A stretch of 64,000 nucleotides of DNA from NCBI RefSeq assembly GCF_009914755.1, contig NC_060937.1; one strand, written 5' to 3'. The notes beneath the pieces are model-generated. The model worked only from the letters and a program-made list of their open reading frames with translations, ran no database searches and was not told the origin of the DNA. Shown piece after piece: positions 51,029 through 64,000 of the stretch (position 1 is its first letter; every line of letters begins with the position of its first letter). Made by a program: the position numbers and the translations under genes. The DNA comes from the human T2T-CHM13v2.0 reference genome, Homo sapiens.

Positions 51029-51774
51029 TACCTTCCCTAAATATTTTTTCTGGAAAGATAAAGTGATGGGATTCTAAGTCTTTGAAGCTGAACTATGTAT
51101 ATGTTTTTTCTCTTCTCTAGTCTTATAAAATCTGCTTTAGGAGACAGAACTAGGCTTGAAGACTTGTCTTTCAAAGACAAAATCCATGCAAGACCAAATA
51201 AGTAACTATTGATAACATTGTTAGCTTGGATAATTTTTTCTCTTTTTAATCCATGATGTTAATTGGTGAGACATATTGATGTTCACGCTAACCAACCTAA
51301 CTTTTTTATTTCATTTAGGTGTTGGAACAGGCGATGTATGTGATCTAAAATTCCAAATAGTAATGGAGAAAAAGGTTGTCTTTTCCAGTACTTCATTAGG
51401 AAATTGTTCAGTAAGAGAAAACATGTGAATTGAAAAACTCTGATGTTTGTTTTAAGGCTGAATGTCAAACCAGCAATGTTCACCTCCCTAAACTATCACT
51501 CACCATAAAGAGATTCCGTAACGCTTTCTGGTTACCATCCAACTTGGTGTCACTGGGTTTGGATGCAAACCAGAGATAAATTAACCTGTTTGTTCAAAAC
51601 AGTTTTTTCAGGGTGCTTTCCAGAATTTATTTCTGGTCAGTGTTGCTTTGCCTTTCACACTTCCACAAATGCTGAGCATGTTCCCAGGAATGTATTAAGG
51701 ATTTTAATTTACATATCTGGTCATTTTTAACCATATTCTCTTCTTCTCAGTCATTTGATCTTTTATTATATAGC

Positions 51775-51955
51775 ACTGATTCTAAAACTTCAGTGTGCAT
51801 GAAAACCACTGAGGAGCTTGTAAAGATTTACATTCCTAGGTTGTACCCCCAAAGTATGATTCGGGAAATCTGGAATGGGGCCCAGGAATCTATAGACTTA
51901 GCAATGTCCCAAGTGATTCTAAGTCAGACGTTCTGTGGGATGACCCTGTGAGAAA
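51775..51955. mobile_element. MER5-family relic
   Basis: GGAATGGGGCCCAGGAATCT...CCCAAGTGATTCT. Confidence 0.6.
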
Positions 51956-53164
51956 CAATGCAAGGATGAATGAACTGGGGAGGAACCTCTTTATCCAAAG
52001 CAAAAGGGACCTGGTAGTCAATGTTTTGCTACAATGAAGAAATGCCTAAAACTATATACCTTTTCTGAAACAGTAAGAAAGCATCCTTCATGGTCTAATA
52101 ACCATAAACTTTTAGAATTCCTACCCAGGCCTTTGTCTCAAATTCTCCTATTACTAACCCTATTCCCTGCCACCCCCTCCTCACTCCGCCCCCGGCTTTT
52201 TTGGCCTCTCCCGACTGAGGGCATTCACCCAGGCCTGACCCTTGGTTTTCTGTTCTTAGCAAATGCTTTATTCTTAAAGGGTGACCCATTCCCCTTACTT
52301 CAACTATTATTTGTTCATTTACTGAACAGCTGATGCAGGAGCTACAACATGAACAGTTTCCACTCCAACTCAAATGCATTAGCCAGTCTGAATTATCAAG
52401 GAGCTTTCTCTCTGCCTCTGCAAATGGCACCAGCATTCTTCCACTCACGCCTTGGGCTTTGATTCTCTTTGCCTCAGCCCCCTAAATCCAGCTAGTCATC
52501 CATCTCTGTTGATTATGGCTTTGACAGTTTTCTATGTTCTCCTTCCTTTCTGTTCTCACTGCCACTAATTGTCCAGAATCTCCTTTGCTCAGCGTAGATT
52601 TCTGCAGTGGTCTCCTTACCCTTTCTTTCTCCTTCTATAATGCAATGTATAGAATCCTGAAATATGCATCCTGAAATATTCCTCTCATTGTGAAAAATTG
52701 TAGGTAGAGCAGAAGACACACTGTGTGCCCATGGTCAGAGCCAGTTAACACCTTTGGCTCAACATCCTTATCTGTAAAATAAATAACACATCCAAGTGTA
52801 ATGGGAATTCAATTAGATAATATATATAAAGTTTCTTTGTGAACTATAAGTCACTAAATAAGTGTCATATGTGATAATTATCAGGCCTCTTTGTCACATA
52901 GGAAATGCCCCACCATATTTTTCAACAACTTCTCTCTTTTTTCCTTGGCTGTTGAGCTCTTAAGATATAATAGCCCTAACGTAATACCTGAGCTTTTTTC
53001 CATCAGTAGCTTGACCAGCAGACTTCATTCCAAATAAACTGGGTCATCCCTTTTTGCTCTTGGAACACAACTCTAATTTAGTTATTTGGTTATAAATAAG
53101 TTATTTGGTTATAAATAAGTTAAAGAAATAACTTATTTCTTTCTTTCCTTCCTTTCTTCTTTTA

Positions 53165-54684
<1,520 letters not shown>

Positions 54685-55467
54685 CATTTTTCTAATTTCT
54701 ACTTTGCATTATTGCTGGTCTTTTTCCCTCCGTTTGGACTAGAGTCTATTTTCAGAGCTCTTCTTCCTTTATCTAAACTGCTTCATGCCCAATTCAATTT
54801 CTACCTCCTTAATGAAATTTTTGCATTCTGTACCTTCTGTTAACTAGCCCCCAATAGTGCATAACAGCACGCCCAGTCTTTATCATACAGATTATGTTAT
54901 GTCCCATTCTACTATTGTTTCTTATGTGTACAGCTCCCAAAAGGGGCCAACTGAGTCTGCACCTCCTTTTGTGTTTTCTACAGGGCCTAGCATAGACCTT
55001 TCTTATTGTGGGTGCCTTTATTTATATGAGAGTGAGTCAAAGAAATAGTATAGCCTCAAAGTCATTCATACCATAACTTGAGCTATCTTTGGTTACTCCA
55101 TCCAGCAGCCTGCATTGGTCAAGTTCAAAGATCCCATTGACAAACACAAGAGTTCTGATAAAACATGATGAGCAGGGGGACCCCACTCTCCCTCTCCCTT
55201 GGGAGGGGCATGCGGGCCCAACCCCCAAGTATTGCAGACCCCCGTTCTTATTTTTTAAATTTAGGAAATATAAAACCATGATGAGTTACACATTGCTTTT
55301 TGAATGTCAATGCTAGCTTTAAAATTGAGCTTCTTAATATATTCTCAAAAAAGGCCCTAACACATGAAAATCAAATGACACACATTAAATGATAATATTT
55401 AATTGATTAAAGTCTAATAGAAAATTCAATACTTTTTAAAAGTGTGGCACTTTTGAAAAGTGCCTCA

Positions 55468-55801
<334 letters not shown>

Positions 55802-55820
55802 TTAAAAGACATAAACAACA

Positions 55821-56166
<346 letters not shown>

Positions 56167-56792
56167 ACAGTATTGCAACTAGAAAAGATTATTAATAATT
56201 ATTTATGCATGTAGTGATTGGGCTGTGAGACCAAAAGTACTTGATAAATATAGGAAGTCATGATAAGTGAAAAGGACCTTTTGTTATCGTTATCTAGGTT
56301 TGTAGTTCTCAATTCCATGTGTTCATTCACAGATACTGCATGACATTGAAACAGCTGGTGTATTAACTAATGTATATGACAGTCCATCTCTGTACGATGA
56401 TGTGAAAGTGCAGTTTTTCTCTTCGGTGAGTAATCACAAAATAGCCTCTGCCATTGTTCTTGTCTGGTCTAATGATTTTATTTAAGATTTGCTTTACTAC
56501 AATTCCCAACAAGGGAGGGGGAGGGGGAGGAAAACAATAAATCAGATCTATAACAAATTTTTTTAAAAGAACATATGTAATTTGAATAATTTTTGTTCAT
56601 TTGTTTTTTTCTAAATTGTAAATTTTCTAAATTTTTCTAAATTTACATGTATTCTCAAATACATGTAAACACAAAAATACAAAATAAACACAAAAAAAGT
56701 AAAAGCCAAGATGCTAAAAAAAAAAAAAAAAAAACCCAAAGGTATGTTTTACTGCATAGCAATGATTACATTTTGTTTTGCATCTTTTTTAA

Positions 56793-57495
<703 letters not shown>

Positions 57496-58973
57496 AAAAA
57501 TTATAAGAATTCACTACAATCTAGTTGGGTATATATAGGCATAGGTCCTTAGTAGAGTCTGTTTGGCACTATCTAAACCAGATTCAAATAGCAGCATTTA
57601 AATTAAATACCTATCATGGAAAAAATACTATTCCTTGAAAATTTTGATAGAAACAGCAAGAGAATGCAATAGCATTTTCTTAAAGCCTCCTCCTTTGTGT
57701 CTTGAGTGTATTATAGATTGCAGAGTGCCACATATTTAATGGTTATAATTGTTTGATAAATATAAAAAGGAATAAAGGAAGGAACTTTAATTTCTTTGGA
57801 ATGATTAGTTCTTGGTATCAGTTTTACTTTGAAATTTTTTTTCTTTTTAGAATCTTCCTAAATACTATGACAATTGTTCATTTTTCTTCTGGTTCAACAC
57901 ATCTTTTATTCAAAATAACAGGTATGAATATAATATAAACCCATAGAAACAGCCATTAGGCTGTCTGCTCAGCACCTTCAATATATCAGGTCTCTGTCGG
58001 TAGGTGCTGATTTACCAGTGACGAACCACCACCAAATTTTGTGCTAAAGTAAGGCAGGACCTAGGGAGGCTTCAGCTAGATGAAAAGCTGACAGACACAC
58101 TTAAATCTAGGAGAAGTTACAAGACACAGTATTAAGGAATACAGCTAAGAAATATCATTAAGTAATGGTCTATTTAAATAGCCATTTAAATGTGGCTTTC
58201 TAATAACTGAATTGGGAAATCTTTCTGAAAAATTATTAATTGGGTTTGGAGATTATTGTTCCAAAAAAACCTACCATATTTGGAAATGCATTTCTCAGTC
58301 TAGAAGTTCTCCACTATAAGTAGCATTTGTTTTGTGATGGTGAAAAATTGGGATTTTTTTTTTGTATCAACCATACTCTTCAATACAAAAGGACAAAATA
58401 TTTTTTAAATGATTTAGGTCAGAATTGAAGAAGTGGCTATGATTATATGTGGCATGAATTGATAGTTATTGTTACATCCAGTCCTAATCTTTTCTTCAAA
58501 TGTGAACTGGATCGAATAACTCCTTAAGTCCAGCAAGGCAACAGGAAATTAAACCTCTGGTCTACATACTTGCAATGCAAAACATTTAATGGATTTTGAT
58601 AGAGTGAACTTTGGATTTGACGGAAATTTTTACAAGTTTTTTTTTTGGATGCATACAAACATTAAACTTTTTCTTCTAACATGAGCAAAGTCCCTCAAAA
58701 AGTGAGACCTGGATGTAGCTTCATTTGATGCTGCTCCTCGAAAGTGGTTCTTGCTAAAGGATACAGTCTTTTTCCTTTAAAACACTATGTTCATTTTGGA
58801 GAAGTGATAAGCTAGATCACTTTTATTCTTACTTTTATATAAATTTCTAAAGATTTCTTTAACATTTAAATTTACATATTACTTGGTAAAGCTGTTTTTG
58901 TTAGTTATGAGATTGTTGTTTAGCCAAAAATGCTAACTTCTATCATTTAGAACACTAGGCATAAGTGGGTTAA

Positions 58974-59095
58974 CCAATTTATGCCTAGTGTTCCATTATT
59001 GGAATGCTCAGCATGTGGGAGTTATATCCTACTGCTCAAGGTCATTTCCAAGGTCTGATTGTAAAAATTCAAAAAATTGCAACCTCACACATAAA
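58974..59095 (+). mobile_element. MER85 piggyBac (PGBD3-derived) MITE
   Basis: TTAA|CCAATTTATGCCTAGTGTTCCATTATTGGAATGCTCAGCATGTGGGAG...AAAATTGCAACCTCACACATAAA|TTAA; matches recalled MER85, with TTAA target sites. Confidence 0.9.
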
Positions 59096-59717
59096 TTAAA
59101 AGAGATATAGTATTTTATTACTGGGTTTTCATTCATGTCTATCCTGACTGATTTCTGTCACAGAGAGAAATTTAGATATTTTATTAAACTTGGAAGTCAT
59201 TAATGCCATATAAAGCAATGCTAAGAGAGTCAGCATGTGTTACTGATGTGTTGCTGAAGATTAAAGTATTTTTAAGTCTCACCAAAAAGGTGGAAGGAGC
59301 CAACTGAGACACAAAAAAGGGGCTGAGGTTCTATTCACGGTGAGTTTCTTTTTTTGTTTCTTCCAGCTCTAACTAACGTGGGTATCCAACTGCGTGGCTT
59401 TTCGGTGAGCCCCAATATAAAATGTAATAATTTTTTTTCTATTCTTAGGCTTTATCTACCAAGAAATGAATTGGATAATCCACATCAACAAAAAGCATGG
59501 AAAATTTATCCACCAGAATTTGCCGTGGAGATACTTTTTGGCGAGAAATGACTTCCAATGACGTAGCTGGATCCGATTAAGTATAGTTTCCCCTTCCCCT
59601 TCTGGGAAAGAATTAATGTTCTTTCCAACCCCTGCCATGTGCATGTTCATATGTCCTAAGTCTTCCTTGATGATGTATCTATATTTATATATGTTTATAT
59701 ATGTTCTTCATAAATCT

Positions 59718-59723
59718 ATTAAA
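59718..59723 (+). terminator. Candidate poly(A) signal ATTAAA of the TPTE2-like last exon
   Basis: ATTAAA about 170 nt after the stop, followed by GT/T-rich TGTCAGTGTTTTTCTTCTTTTT. Confidence 0.5.
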
Positions 59724-60469
59724 TATATATAGATAAAATGTCAGTGTTTTTCTTCTTTTTTGAAGGCACATACTTCACAGTTTCCATCTTGTATTTACAT
59801 AAATTGGGAACACAGTATGCAGGAACATCAGGCATCATTTTGAAGAACTTTGAAATAGAACTTTCATAGCAAAAACTTGAGATATTTAAAAATTGTGATT
59901 CCCCAACACCCACTTACATATTTTTGGTCAAGTATTTATTCCCTGCTTTGGTTCACATTTGTAATTTCAGATTTATTAGAAAGCTAATTTATATTTTTTC
60001 TTCCACTTCATTTACAAACTGTCTGTTAACAGATTGGCAACAAAGACTAAGTTTTAAATCCAGAAGAGAGAAGTGTTTCACACAAGCAGTCCCCCAACTC
60101 CCAACACACACACAGTCTCTCATTCTGAGCACTAAATAGGTAGCTTACTTGACAAGCTTCCTTTAATCACACACAGACATGGGGGTTGGGGTAAGAAGAT
60201 TGTGGTAAATATGAAGATAAGTAATCTCTGGTAACTTCTGCTTTTGTTTAAAACTGTAAGTGAAATCAAAAGAAATATTTGTTCTTAGAGTAATCTAGGT
60301 GTATTATTTTGAAATTCACTACACCTGCTCACAATTCACCTAAGCTTGGGAGGACTCTGAAGGGAGGTTATCTTTTCATTATAAACACTGGTTAGCCTTA
60401 TGTCTACAGGAAATCATTATTATTTCCTCTTTGGTGCTGGGTGCTACTTTTTTTTTTTAACAAATTTTT

Positions 60470-60775
<306 letters not shown>

Positions 60776-61924
60776 TGTGGGTGTTACTTTATTCAAAACA
60801 CCTTTATTGCCACTGTATCTTCAGGCCATGATTGTCCTTGAAAACATTCTATCTTGGCCTTATTGAAATTATTCTTATTTGAATGATTTTCCTTTTATTG
60901 TCAAGGCCCTCAACAATCTAGACCAAGATGAGTTCATCAGGAAATGAAAGGTAACAACTAATAAGACAAGTGTCACTGCTAAAACACGGTATACTCATTC
61001 CTGAAAAACCTGGCACTCTACAGAAAGGACTAAAAAAAGAAGCGGTCCATGAAAATACAGTTTGAGAGTCCAGGGCAATCCTGTCCGGCATAGCAACTTT
61101 CTAACCAACACACTAACCGCTCGGGCCACCCAAATCAGCAGCTCAGTGTCGGGAGTTTGCCATAGAGCTTTTTAATTTTTGAGTGGAAATAGAAAAATAC
61201 TTGCTCTAAGGGCTGTGGGTACCAGAATGGCACAGATGAGAGTAGAGCCCTGAGCCATGGTGGGCACGGAAGGCAGCAACCTGCCAGGAGCCAAGAGCCC
61301 CACTAGACTGGTGAGCCACCTCGCTGCAGGTGATTTTTTCTCCTCTAAATATTCCAAAAACGTTCCGACTGCCCATGCAGCAGCCCAGCTAAGGCCTTTT
61401 TCCTTTACTCCCCCTGACCTGGCTCCTGCTTTGAGGAAAAGATCATAGAACGTGCTTTCAAATTCCTTTCATGTTAATATTATGCCCTGCCATTCATATG
61501 ACAGAAACATGTAGGCACAACATAGGTTACACTATTTCCTTTAAAATTCACACAGCCACAATCTACAGAGGGCATATTATGTCCTGGGTTTAGGTGAATA
61601 GGGAGGAAAATACTTAGCTGGCTCAGTGAAGATTAAGATCTGTCTTTTTCAGTACCAGAAATACAGGAAGGAAGGAAACCCCCTTTTTTATTTTAAGAAT
61701 TTCCCTTTTTGAAATAAGGAGATTACCATTAAGGTTTCTCTTCCCCAGACCTCCAAGACCCACCAAAATTTCTGGAAATTATGAGTTGTCACACTATTCT
61801 GCTTTCGCTTATTCAAAGAAAACTCATTTAAGGCCTCTTTGGGTATTGCTTTCTTAGAATGCAAAATGAATGATTCTTTGAACAACTCAAGAAACTTAGA
61901 TCAGAATGATACTCATGTCTTAAA

Positions 61925-64000
<2,076 letters not shown>

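Overview
Primate (very probably human) genomic DNA, intronic and repeat-rich, with no intact protein-coding gene. On the + strand a CpG-island promoter leads into a mosaic of three unprocessed gene fragments in the same orientation. These are ANKRD26/CCDC144-like exons lacking the ankyrin-repeat exons (3975-26317), two PSPC1 exons (28920-32809), and the last seven coding exons of a TPTE2-type phosphatase (43725-59551) lacking the catalytic Cys and the transmembrane part. From memory this fits the 13q12.12 PSPC1P2/TPTE2P6 segmental duplication. Repeats include a full-length but mutated L1PA3/4-like element with an LTR13 solo LTR inserted in its first bases, and an LTR12C solo LTR. There is also a sense LTR5B-like solo LTR lacking its poly(A) signal, a MER85 piggyBac MITE with an inverted end duplication, MER74, older L1s and more than 20 Alus. 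Homology and subfamily calls come from recalled sequences, not database searches, and repeat boundaries are approximate unless TSDs are quoted.
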